Shown: positions 43,166-56,142, counted from the first letter of the stretch. The stretch: 64,000 nt of DNA from Eledone cirrhosa (GCA_964016885.1 OZ024748.1:39866001-39930000), one strand, 5' to 3'. Program-made: numbers and translations. The notes: a model not told the origin generated them from the letters alone.

Positions 43166-44555
43166 TCTCCAAGCAATGGAACCTTACAGGATTAAGGTAT
43201 TTTATCCAGTCAATTTAATCCCCAAGTCTGACCGTATTGCATGTCTAAAAGCTGCCAACTACAACCCCTTTCTACTTAAATCGAAAGACATATTTATAGA
43301 TTTGCTAACAGATTCTGGTACAGGAAGTCAAAGCAGTGCCCAGTGGTCGGCTATGACTAAAGCCGGCTATTCAACTATTAATTCCGAATACGTTAAGGAA
43401 TTTGTACGTACAATTCAACACATTACCAATTTCAAACATGTATTTCCAGTTCATCAAGGTCGAGGAGCCGAAGGTTTGTTGGCAAAACTCCTACTGAATA
43501 AAGAGAGTGTTGTACTGAGTAATTCTCTCTTTGACACAACACGAGCACACGTTGAGTCATCTGGTGCAATTGGAATAGATTTGGCAACAAAGTCTTCAAA
43601 ATTCTTAGGTGATGCCGATGTGGAAAAATTTGAAGAAACACTGGATGAATATGGTTCTAGAGTTCATCTTGTAATAATAACCTGCACCAATAATGTGGTA
43701 GCCGGAGCTCCTGTGAGCATGCAAAATATAGAAATCATAACAAAATTATGTCGAAACAAGAATATCCCAGTTATAATGGACGCATGCCGTTTTGTTGAAA
43801 ATGCTTATTTTATCAAGACCTTAGACGAAAAATATTCTAAACACACAATCTTAGATATTGCCAGCGAAATGTTTTCTTATTTTGATGGTGCAACTATGTC
43901 TTTAAAGAAAGATGGTATGAGCAATGAAGGTGGGTTTATAGCTTTCAACAACGACAAATGGGCCACCAAAATATTTGACATAATCGAATATAAAAGTGGT
44001 TATTCAACTTACGGGGGAATAACTGGATCAAATCTTGTAGCATGTACTGTCGGAATTTCTGAGGCTATGAACGAAAATTACCTCCGATCAAGAATCTATC
44101 AGGCTAAATTACTGGCTGATTTCTTGGAAGATAATAATATTCCCGTATTTAAACCAGTAGGGGCCCATGCCGTCTACGTGAAAGCAAACAAAGTCTTGCC
44201 ACACCTTGATTTCTTGAAGTATCCAGCATGGTCCCTTAATTGTGCCGTATATATCGAAGGTGGTATTCGATGTGCAGAAATTGGCAATATAATGTTTGGT
44301 GAAAATTCAGATGGAACAAAACAAATTCATCCCTTTGAATATGTGCGTTTGGCTTTACCCAGAAGAACCTATACGGTCAACCATCTGCATTTTGTGGCCA
44401 AAACTTTTGGTTTTGTTGCCAAAAAAGCCCATTTAATCCACGGAATGGAAATTGTCAAATCTTCGCATCTCCTAAGACATTTCACAATTTGGATGAGACC
44501 ATTAAATGAATACCACCTTGAAAAGAATAATAATCAGAAAAAAATAAACTGTTGA
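43166..44555 (+). CDS. tnaA: Tryptophanase-like domain 2, terminal exon (PLP lysine intact)
   Basis: EPYRIK, DLLTDSGT, HQGRGAE, FDTTR, DACRFVENAYFIK, MSLKKDG, EIG, VRLALPRRTYT, LRHFT; acceptor ttttttttccAG|43166; an in-frame ATG is also present at 43176. Confidence 0.93.
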
Positions 44556-46029
44556 AGTTTGCCATAAATTACAATGTCAGTTATCTCTTGTGTACAGAAG
44601 AAGTTCATTAGAAGTATATATCACACTGGCCAAATTACCCACACCTTGCTGCGTTTCACACTTTTTTTTTTTTAAAGAAAATGATGAATGATTTTAAATC
44701 AGCGATATAATTTATGGAGAAAAACTCTGCATTTCAATATTACTCAATGTAAAATGTAATGCATGAAAAATTGGAAAACATTATTTTTTGTTATATATCA
44801 AATCAAAATTACATCATTAAATCTGATTCTTATTTTGTTTCTTGTAAATAATTTTTTTCAAAATATCAATTCAAAACTTTTGTGAATAGGGCATCATATC
44901 TTGTCATTTACCTATGGTTTAAATTTCATATAAATCGAAAGGAAAAAATTTTCAGCAGGGATTTGTGCCTCCGGGGAACCCTTTGATTAAAATGAAATAT
45001 ACTTATCCAAGTAACCTGGGAAATGTAGTTTCAGAATATATATGGTTATGGGGATCTAGCTCCAAAACTATAGGAGGAGTTCATGAACAAACAAACAGAC
45101 AGGAACTACAACTTTATATATATAGATTACTACCTACGTTTAAATGGGTTTTATATAAATGAATTTAAATGGCTTTTAATGGGTACATGTGTGTGCTTAT
45201 ATTAGTGAAGAAGTGCTTGCTTAAGAACTATGACATATGACTTCATAACACATATTATTGTGGTGGATTGGCAGTATTGGGAGAGGGTCGGATGCCATGC
45301 TTTGACGTATAGAGTTACGGCCCTTGCCATTCTGAGTTCAAATCCCGCCGAGGTTAACTTTGCCTTTCATCCTTACGGGGTCGATAAAATAAAGTACCAG
45401 TAATGAACTGGATATTTGCTGACCGTGTGCCTAACTTAGAAACAATTATAAAGAGAAATTCGTATTTTCTTGCATGTTTACATGCCTACATATTAAATAT
45501 ATGTATAGTTCTACACACAGTCTCAGCTACACACTCTGTATTTATACAGATATAATTTTATCATTCACTATGGCTGCTAGCATACTTCTTAATATATATA
45601 TATTAAATAAGTACCAATACAAACGCTAATTAAATGCAAATTAATTTCATTGGTACAAGAGATTTCAACACATTCTGCTTTTCAACTCGGCAAAAATACA
45701 GAGAGTTTGGCTAATATAGCAACATAGCTACACACACTTGCTAACCCTAACCCCTGCCGAAATTGAAACTAGCTGAGTTTGCTTCACAGGTTACTAAATA
45801 TCACGACTATGTATTCTACAATTGCACACACAATATACTGCATGTATACTTGCACCTTTTTCTGTTTTCATTGCTGCACCTTAACAACGAAGTAAATCAT
45901 TTTATAAATAAAAATATTTAAATTAGCAGTGTCTTGTTTATTTGTTAATTCTTATCCACGTGATTTGGAAAAATCATCTTACCCAGGGTAATATCACTTC
46001 ACAGTACACATCAGGAGTGGTTTATTTGA

Positions 46030-46620
46030 CCAATACGGTCAAACTTCTCTGGACTCGCAGACATACTTGGCATTGCTTCACCAACATAGTAAAACCAACC
46101 AGCAGGAGTCCCAGGGGTAGACCCCAAGCAGGATGGATGGATAACATCCATGAGCTTGGCTGGTCTTGCTTGGGGATCGAGCCAGATCAGTTGGAGACGG
46201 TTGCTTCTGACAGAACCTGCTGGAAGGAGTGTCTGAGGATTCTGCAACAGCATTTGGAAGATTATACTGAAGACTTGGGCATGTGGAAGAGCTGCATGAA
46301 GCTACTTAATGATGAGCAGAAGGAGCGACATGTGCAGGTGCGTAAGCACATCCTCAAGCATTTTGAAATCAAACCAGACATTTTCCTTTTCCCCAAGCTG
46401 AAGAGGGTCATCAGAGGAACCTGAGGTAGAAGCCATGAAGAGGGCTATATTAGCAGAGCTATGGAGAATTCTGGGTGAATCCATCCAAGAGTGCAGGGAG
46501 AAGAAAGATGGGAAATTGTGTTTGACCCAAGGGGGATTATTCTGAAAAGGAAAACTTCTAGTTCGGATTTAAAATATTTTATTTTGCAACTTCTGTCCTG
46601 TTTCTTTTCTGTCACTCCAT
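46030..46620 (+). mobile_element. RTE 3' fragment followed by decayed mariner-like transposase fragment
   Basis: RPRGRP..WMD-like RTE tail; EDLGM.K..KLLNDEQKERHV and DIFLFPKLKRVIRG resemble mariner transposase. Confidence 0.6.
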
Positions 46621-46630
46621 ATATATATAT

Positions 46631-46962
46631 ACATGGCTTAGTGGTTAGAGCATTTGCCTTGCAATCGAAAGGTTTGAGTTCAATTCTCAGACCGGGTGAT
46701 GTGTTGTTTCCTTGAGCAAGACACTTTATTTCACATTGCTCCAGTTTACTCAGCTGTAGAAATGAGATGATAGGGACTGGGGTCCCTATCATTCCACTGC
46801 AAAGTGGTCATGGAGGTGCCATGGCAAAAAAGCACCCAGCGCTCACTGTAAATGAGGTTGGTGTTAGGAAGGGCATCCAGCTGTAGAAATCAAGCCAGAA
46901 TCAGTTCCCGTCCTACCCTTGCAAGCAGGGAAAAGTGGACGTAAAATGATGATGATGATGAT
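46631..46962 (+). mobile_element. tRNA-head SINE with RTE-like (ATG)n tail; near-identical copy at 57592-57930
   Basis: GGCTTAGTGGTTAGAG..GAGTTCAATTC head, ccttgagcaagacacttt core, gatgatgatg tail. Confidence 0.85.
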
Positions 46963-47892
46963 ATATATGGATAATAGGATGAATTTGGTACAACCAATAA
47001 ATTATAAAGGCAACAAATATTTTCTTGTTTTAATATTGCAGTTTATACATATCTTAAGAAGCAGTATAAGAAAAGCTTACATTTCATTTTCAAACTTAAG
47101 TAAAAAATAAAATATATATTTATTTTCAATTTTTTAAATGCGAGCAAAAACATAAAATCGATTTGAATATTCATCACACACACATATATATACATGTATA
47201 TTATTTGGAAAAAAAAGGGGGTGGGGTAAAGTTTTATACAAAAAAATGATGACCAGTTCGAATATTTGAGAGAAAACTCAAGTATATTCGAACTGCTCAG
47301 ATATTAAAAAAAATTTTTTTATTAATATTCAATATTTAACATCTAATATTTGATAAAATTGTTTTACCAATCGAAACCAGTTATCCTAAACCGACGGTAG
47401 TCGGTTTAGTAATATTGTTGTCTTAGTGATTTCGTTGGCAATCGTCTCTTTACAGCATTATTAGAATGTCTTCCGATTATCAAAATCACATGAAAGTTAT
47501 ATGAGCATGGAGAGTAAATCATTGCACATCTCTTAAGCTAAAAATCTCGAAATATTTAATGCAACAATTATAAAATTATTCATTCTGTCAGATTAAAGAA
47601 AAAATAATCTTTTAATATTCCCTGGACTTTGGCAATTTCAACCCCCTACCAACAGTACTGCTGGTTCACTCTGGGTCACAGCGTCTGAGACAAGTCAGAG
47701 CGTAGTGTCCAAATAATTATTTTAAATTATTCTATGAAAAATAAGAATTAATTACACGTATCTAAATATCACAATTTGTTTTGTTGGATGATCTACCAAC
47801 TTTGCCATCAACCAGTCATTTCTATCAAATAATTTCCAATAATATTTGTGAATATGAAAAGGTAAAGAAAGATCGATATATGTGTGTGTATA

Positions 47893-49465
47893 TATAACGT
47901 CTGAATAGCTCAGGCTGTCATAACTGATAGTCCTCAGTGAAATATGTATAACGTCTGAAGAGCTCAGGCTGTCATAACTGATAGTCCTCAGAGAAATATG
48001 TATAACGTCTGAAGAGCTCAGGCTGTCATAACTGATAGTCCTCAGTGAAATATGTATAACGTCTGAAGAGCTCAGGCTGTCATAACTGATAGTCCTCAGA
48101 GAAATATGTATAACGTCTGAAGAGCTCAGGCTGTCATAACTGATAGTCCTCAGTGTAATATGTATAACGTCTGAAGAGCTCAGGCTGTCATAACTGATAG
48201 TCCTCAGAGAAATATGTATAACGTCTGAAGAGCTCAGGCTGTCATAACTGATAGTCCTCAGAGAAATATGTATAACGTCTGAAGAGCTCAGGCTGTCATA
48301 ACTGATAGTCCTCAGAGAAATATGTATAACGTCTGAAGAGCTCAGGCTGTCATAACTGATAGTCCTCAGAGAAATATGTATAACGTCTGAAGAGCTCAGG
48401 CTGTCATAACTGATAGTCCTCAGAGAAATATGTATAACGTCTGAAGAGCTCAGGCTGTCATAACTGATAGTCCTCAGTGTAATATGTATAACGTCTGAAG
48501 AGCTCAGGCTGTCATAACTGATAGTCCTCAGAGAAATATGTATAACGTCTGAAGAGCTCAGGCTGTCATAACTGATAGTCCTCAGTGAAATATGTATAAC
48601 GTCTGAAGAGCTCAGGCTGTCATAACTGATAGTCCTCAGTGAAATGTGTATAACGTCTGAAGAGCTCAGGCTGTCATAACTGATAGTCCTCAGTGAAATG
48701 TGTATAACGTCTGAAGAGCTCAGGCTGTCATAACTGATAGTCCTCAGTGAAATATGTATAACGTCTGAAGAGCTCAGGCTGTCATAACTGATAGTCCTCA
48801 GTGAAATATGTATAGCGTCTGAAGAGCTCAGGCTGTCATAACTGATAGTCCTCAGTGAAATATGTATAACGTCTGAAGAGATCAGGCTGTCATACCTGAT
48901 AGTCCTCAGTGAAATATGTATAACGTCTGAAGAGCTCAGGCTGTCATAACTGATAGTCCTCAGTGAAATATGTATAACGTCTGAAGAGCTCAGGCTGTCA
49001 TAACTGACAGTCCTCAGTGAAATATGTATAACGTCTGAAGAGCTCAGGCTGTCATAACTGAGAGTCCTCAGTGAAATATGTATAGCGTCTGAAGAGCTCA
49101 GGCTGTCATAACTGATAGTCCTCAGTGAAATATGTATAACGTCTGAAGAGCTCAGGCTGTCATAACTGACAGTCCTCAGTGAAATATGTATAACGTCTGA
49201 AGAGCTCAGGCTGTCATAACTGAGAGTCCTCAGTGAAATATGTATAGCGTCTGAAGAGCTCAGGCTGTCATAACTGATAGTCCTCAGTGAAATATGTATA
49301 ACGTCTGAAGAGCTCAGGCTGTCATACCTGATAGTCCTCGGTGAAATGTGTATAACGTCTGAAGAGCTCAGGCTGTCATAACTGATAGTCCTCAGTGAAA
49401 TATGTATAACGTCTGAAGAGCTCAGGCTGTCATAACTGATAGTCCTCAGTGAAATGTGTATAGCA
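47893..49465 (+). repeat. 29 x 54-bp tandem array; each unit is a minimal hammerhead ribozyme motif
   Basis: Unit ACGT-CTGAAGA-GCTCAGGCTGTCA.TAAC.TGATAGTCCTCAG(T/A)-GAAA-TATGTA-TA; the 54-bp period holds (48001 and 48541 are in register). Confidence 0.85.
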
Positions 49466-49694
49466 GAGTTTTAAATAAATCTGAATCGACTGATAATGGC
49501 CTCCAATCTTTTAATAGTGTGTGTATACATATGAGATTGTTTAGCCTTATATACCTTTCCACAATAATATATATATATATATAAGTAGAAGTGGTATTTA
49601 ATTTGTTGGAAGTCCGACAAACATAGATGTTTATAACTGATTTAGAGCACTCAATAAATTACTGGAGTAAATATTCAATGATATTAAATAAATG

Positions 49695-51145
49695 GAAACT
49701 ATATTTATAAAACTATATTTATAAACTATAGTTTTATAAATATAGTTTTTTAAATATAGTTTTATAAATATAGTTTATAAATATAGTTTTATAAACTATA
49801 TTTATAAAACTATATTTATAAAACTATATTTATAAAACTATATTTATAAAACTATATTTATAAAACTATATTTATAAAACTATATTTATAAAACTATTTT
49901 ATAAAACTATTTTATAAAACTATATTTATAAAACTATATTTATAAAACTATATTTATAAAACTATATTTATAAAACTATTTTATAAAACTATTTTATAAA
50001 ACTATATTTATAAAACTATATTTATAAAACTATTTTATAAAACTATTTTATAAAACTATATTTATAAAACTATATTTATAAAACTATATTTATAAAACTA
50101 TATTTATAAAACTATTTTATAAAACTATTTTATAAAACTATATTTATAAAACTATATTTATAAAACTATTTTATAAAACTATTTTATAAAACTATTTTAT
50201 AAAATTATATTTATAAAACTATATTTATAAAACTATATTTATAAAACTATATTTTTAAACAATTAAGTTAAAGTGTACATCTACATATGTATACGGAAGT
50301 ACTAGTATGCATATAAATACACACATGTATACATATGTACATGTACCGAGTTTTTCACTAGACACTTTACAGTGAGTGTCCAGCTAGTCTGTATGTAAAC
50401 AAACAGACGAACCGGGTTTTAAAGTCATACGAGTTTTCAAGGAAACACACTTCCTCCATTCTCCAGAGAGCCAGACAGGAATATTGGACTAGTTTCGATG
50501 TTATTACATCTCATCAGCAATATACACCTATCTTCCGGCTGCTCTGGAAAATTGTAAAAGCACATATCGTTATATGCTTTTTCTATGAAAATCAGTAGTG
50601 GGCAGACTAATTTGCATAGAACTAGTCCAATATTCCTGTCTGGCTCTCTGGAGAATGGAGGAAGTGTGTTTCCTTGAAAACTCGTATGACTTTAAAACCC
50701 GGTTCGTCTGTTTGTTTACATACAGACTAGCTGGACACTCACTGTAAAGTGTCTAGTGAAAAACTCGGTACATGTACATATGTATACATGTGTGTATTTA
50801 TATGCATACTAGTACTTCCGTATACATATGTAGATGTACACTTTAACTTAATTGTTTAAGCGTCAGTCATACAAAAGTGAGTTAGAAGCGAAACGAAATT
50901 TAATTTCGTTTCGTTATTTGTTTTTATATTTTCAAAACTATATTTATAAAACTATTTTATAAAACTATTTTATAAAACTATTTTATAAAACCATATTTAT
51001 AAAAGTATATTTATAAAATTATATTTATAAAACCATATTTATAAAACTATATTTATAAAACTATTTTATAAAACTATATTTATAAAACTATATTTATAAA
51101 ACTATATTTATAAAACCATATTTATAAAACTATATTTATAAAATT
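49695..51145. repeat. 13-15-bp AT-rich satellite (aaactatatttata) interrupted by a fold-back insertion at 50256-50860
   Basis: Periodicity visible; 50256-50493 is the reverse complement of ~50620-50859. Confidence 0.9.
50481..50523 (-). ncRNA. Intact minimal hammerhead ribozyme
   Basis: ATATTG-CTGATGA-GATGT.AATA.ACATC-GAAA-CTAG-TC-CAATAT: perfect stems I and II, GUC cleavage site. Confidence 0.9.
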
Positions 51146-51322
51146 CCCTATCCAGTGAATTTCCAACCGATAAGGTATGCTTTTCGTGGGTATGTCTCTA
51201 TTTATAAAACAAACTTTGTATTTTATCTGATGAAAGCATACCAATGTTGTCTTGGTTACCCTTGAAATATATATAATGAAATAAATATGGTTTTATAAAT
51301 ATAGTTTCCATTTATTTAATAT

Positions 51323-51395
<73 letters not shown>

Positions 51396-51401
<6 letters not shown>

Positions 51402-53305
51402 TTAGTTAAGCAAAACAAGACAACAAATTTCACAAAGAGGACATTATTAAAAGATTGTCAACATATTTTAGTTTGATGTAAGGAATGTAGAGAATAATAA
51501 TAATTTCTACTTTAGGCACAAAGCCAGCTATTACCCAGTACATTACTGGTACTTTATTTTATCGACCCCGTAAGGATGAAAGGCAAAGTTAACCTCGGCG
51601 GGATTTGAACTCAAACCGTAAAGGGACGTAACTATGCTAGAAAGCATGGCGTTCAACCCTCTGCCAATCCACCGCCCTTTTATATAATAATATTAATAAT
51701 AATAATGTCCGTTTACAATTGTTTCGCTACTCCATATAATATTTCTGGATCAAATGATTATATATCATTATTGATCTGGTTCAGTTGAAAATAATTAACA
51801 TAGGTAAAGATAGAGCAGCTCATCGGAACTTCAAAAGGAATATAAATTAAAATAAGGAAAGAATGTTACATAAATGTAATGTTCCATATATTGGTATTTC
51901 ACTATGGTGACCTGGGTATATCAATTGTCTGCCATAGTCGAGCAGTATTCTTCTGTCGAGGCTGCATTGTGTGAGATCTGCCTATGGGTAACAAGATGGC
52001 CGCCAATGGACATATTTACCTTACTAATTAGAGGGTGGTTTCAGGGGAAGTAACTCCTCGAGAGATTAGAAATTGTGGGTAGTTTATAGTTAAGTGGTAA
52101 TTTTTTTATTTTGAGACAATGTAAGGGAGGTAACTTATAATTATTTAAGTTAGTTATAGCTATTTAACTTATTAGCTACAAGTAAAAATGGGGCTAGATA
52201 ACTATGTTGGCGAAGGAATTAGCCCTTCGATGTTGACAGCTAATAGTTACCTCCGTTCTATCATTAATCAGTAGAGGTTGTGATAGAGTTATGTAATATG
52301 CTTCGGTAAGACAGTGGTCACAAGATTTTCTTCGTCCATTGAACGGTTGGGCCCTGAGTGTTAGTGAGTGTTCAATGTTGGTTAATTTAAGGTTTTTAAT
52401 GAGCCTAGCTAGAGATGTCGAACATTTGTTGTTAGGGTCTCAGAAGGAAAAAGAGTGCGCGTTATAGCGTACCTTAAAAGGGTTAGAGGTAGACCCAATA
52501 TAGGAGCTGGTATGCGAAGCAGTTTTAACTGTGCACCTATAGACTATGTTGGGTGTCAGGCAATGTCCATTTAGTGGGCATGCATTAGGGTAATGGCAGT
52601 TGCAGTTACTTCTGCGGTTAGTAAGAGTAGGGTTGTTTAACCTAAGCGGTTGGTCAGTGCTAGAAGGATTAGATGGGGGAGGTGTGCTACTAGAGTAAGT
52701 ATTGGTGTAGTGGCGTGGTGTATCCGATGGGGGCTGGTGGTACCGCGGTGTGGGAGTTATACTGTCTTAGTTTATCATGGTTACTGAATGTGATGTGGCA
52801 AGCTAAGTTAGGTATTGTGGAGAATGGGATTTTAATGTTATTTTTATTAAAGAGTTTGTAATATCTATGGTGGGGGGGATATTTAGATAGGATAGACAAG
52901 AAGCATTTAGGGATATTAGTGGCTAGATTAGATGAGAATGGGGGGTTAAGCCAGGTGATATTTCTAGGCATATTCCTTCTAGGGGTTCTAGTGGAGTTGG
53001 AACATTACATTTATGTAACATTCTTTCCTTATTTTAATTTATATTCCTTTTGAAGTTCCGATGAGCTGCTTTATCTTTACCTATGTTAATTATTTTCAAC
53101 TGAACCAGATCAATAATGATATATAATCATTTGATCCAGAAATATTATATGGCGTAGAGAAACAATTGTAAACGGACATTATCATTATTAATATTATTAT
53201 TATTAGTCTCTACATTCCTTACATCAAACTAAAATATGTTGACAATATTTTAATAATGTCTTCCTTGTGAAATTTGTGGTCTTGTTTCGCTTAACTAATG
53301 AATAT
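51396..53305 (-). mobile_element. Truncated Penelope/Neptune-like element (GIY-YIG fragment) with inverted terminal repeat; SINE inserted in one arm
   Basis: RNITWLNPPFS; CNCH..CPLNGHCL..IVYRC..YIGST; 51396-51885 matches the reverse complement of 53003-53305. Confidence 0.8.
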
Positions 53306-53459
53306 TTCCAGCTCTGTACACCTAACCTCTGCATGAACCCAGCCACCTAGCTGCTTTCTACTGCATGTTGCACATTGAGCACATGCCTTTACCCTTTGGC
53401 TTCTAACTAATTCACCAATCTCTCCTTTATCTCTCTCTTTAAGATTGGTTACTCTTGAA

Positions 53460-53527
<68 letters not shown>

Positions 53528-53710
53528 TTATTCGTTCACAGAATACATTAAAAAAAAATGTTTAATATTTCATATTTATTAAGATTGTTATACTAATCGA
53601 AACTGATTATAATAAAAGTAACAATTATAAAATTATTCCTTCCGTCGGATTAAAGAAAAAATAATCATTAAGTATTCATCGTCGTCGTCGTCATCATCGT
53701 CATCTATCTA

Positions 53711-53749
<39 letters not shown>

Positions 53750-53834
53750 GAAAAAATGAGGAAGTTTCATTTACATATGAAAATATATATAAATAGGGAT
53801 AGAGAGAGGTATGTAGATAGATAGAGAAACACAT

Positions 53835-53868
<34 letters not shown>

Positions 53869-54277
53869 TACTAAGACAAAATACAGGTCTGTACCAGCAA
53901 GACATGGTCTCCTGACCCAAGTTATCTCATAACGCAACAAGCCATCTAACATCCAACACATGCATGTGTGGAAAATGGACCTTAAATGATGATGATTGTA
54001 ATGATGACACACACAGACACACAATTTAACATCTGTCTTATGAAAACATGTTAAAGGGTTAGTATGCAATCACTTTGATGTCTTTGAAATGCACAAAACA
54101 GGATTATATAATTTTGTTATTAAAATAATATATGTTATTTCTCTGAGGAACTGGAATCATATGATTCCAGTTCCTCTAAGAGAAATAACAACCCAACCAG
54201 GAACTGGGCATATCGGAGTATTGACAGAGTTAAACACCTCAACAACATGTGTACCCGTGTCTACCACACCAATTCGG

Positions 54278-54332
54278 ACTGCCTGAAGAGGTCACAGCCA
54301 AAGATGGCTGTCACCAAAATATATATAGCAGT
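54278..54332 (+). ncRNA. Hammerhead motif, probably inactive (GAAA changed to AAAA)
   Basis: ACTGC-CTGAAGA-GGTCACAGCCA.AAGA.TGGCTGTCACC-AAAA-TATATA-TA-GCAGT; same family as 32756. Confidence 0.7.
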
Positions 54333-54540
54333 ACACTGTTAATAAACGAAGCCAAATTTTAAATATTTGACTATTTTATTTTGTTTATATATATATATAT
54401 ATATATATATTACAAAGAAGAGAAACGGTTTTATGTATACATCCTCTGTTTATTATATAATCCTGCTTTGTGCATTTCAAAGACATCAAAGTCATTGCAT
54501 AATAACACTTTAACATATATATATATAGATATATATATAT

Positions 54541-54577
<37 letters not shown>

Positions 54578-55119
54578 GAACCAGTTGTCCAAGGGAGTTA
54601 ATTTATTTCAGGTAAGATATCATAGTTAGTTTGGACCAAGCCGTTACTATCGAACATGTGATCAAAATCATATTCATAGTTGGGACAAAAGTCTTCTAAA
54701 TTCAGATCCGCAATGCTAAAAAGTATGGAAGGAAAACACAGAAAAAAGACAAATCAATGTTTATGAAGGAACAAGAAAATAAGAGAGACAAGTTAAAACA
54801 ATTATATTTCAAAGACTCAATGTATAGTCATGACACAAGTATTATAACGGGGAATTGGTAGACACATTAACTCTTAACGCCTGTTTTACATGAAACCACA
54901 TTAGTAAGACACTCTTGAAAAGTTCAAAACAAGACTATGACTGCATCATATTAAGTATTCAAATCTTTAGTTTACAGCAAATTTTCACAATAGTGTGTCC
55001 AATTGTAAAGACACTATAAACATTAGAATAAACAAACCAGTTTTTAGATATTTTCTATTGAAGAATTGCAAGATGTTAAGAGTTCAATGTCAGCTTAATT
55101 CATTACCATATTTCTCACA

Positions 55120-56142
55120 AAAGACACTGTATGTCATTAACCCTTTCATTACCATATTTCTAATGAAAGACAAAGTCTATGTCATTAACCCTTTCATTAC
55201 CATATTTCTAATGAAAGACACTGTCTATGTCATTAACCCTTTCATTACCATATTTCTAATGAAAGACACGGTCTATGTCATTAACCCTTTCATTACCATA
55301 TTTCTAATAAAAGACACTGTCTATATCATTAACCCTTTCATTACCATATTTCTAATGAAAGACACTGTCTATGCAATTAACCCTTTCATTAACATATTTC
55401 TCACAAAAGCCACTGTTTATGTCATTGACCATTTCATTACCATATTTCTAATGAAAGACATTGTCTATGTCAATAACACTTTCATTACCATATTTCTAAT
55501 GTAAGACACTGTCTGTCATTAACCCTGTCATTACTATATTTCTAATGAAAGACACTGCCTATGTCATTAACCCTTTCATTACCATATTTCTAATGAAAGA
55601 CACTGTCTATGTCATTAACCCTTTATTATCATATTTCTAATGAAAGACACTGTCTATGTCATTAACCCTTTATTATCATATTTCTAATGAAAGACACTGT
55701 CTATGTCATTAACTCTTTCATTACCATATTTCTAATGAAAGACACTGTCTATGTTATTAACCCTTTCATTACCATATTTCTGACACTGTCTATGTCATTA
55801 ACCCTTTCATTACCATATTTCTAATAAAAGACACTGTTTATGTCATTAACCCTATCATTACCATATTTCTAATGAAAGACACTGTCTATGTCATTAACCC
55901 TGTCATTACCATATTTCTAATGAAAGACACTGCCGATATCATTAACCCTTTCATTACCATATTTCTGACACTGTGTATTTCATTAACCCTTTCATTACCA
56001 TATTTCTAATGAAAGACACTGTCTATGTCATTAACCCTTTCATTACCATATTTCTAATGAAAGACACTGACTATGTCATTAACCCTTTCATTACCATATT
56101 TCTAATGAAAGACACAGTCTATGTCATTAACCCTTTCATTAC
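55120..56142. repeat. 48-bp minisatellite, ~21 units
   Basis: gacactgtctatgtcattaaccctttcattaccatatttctaatgaaa repeated. Confidence 0.95.

Noticed and set aside
47893-49465. CRISPR-like appearance of the regular repeat arrays (also 7216-9545 and 55120-56142)
   Set aside because: No unique spacers and no cas genes; these are head-to-tail repeats in eukaryotic DNA.
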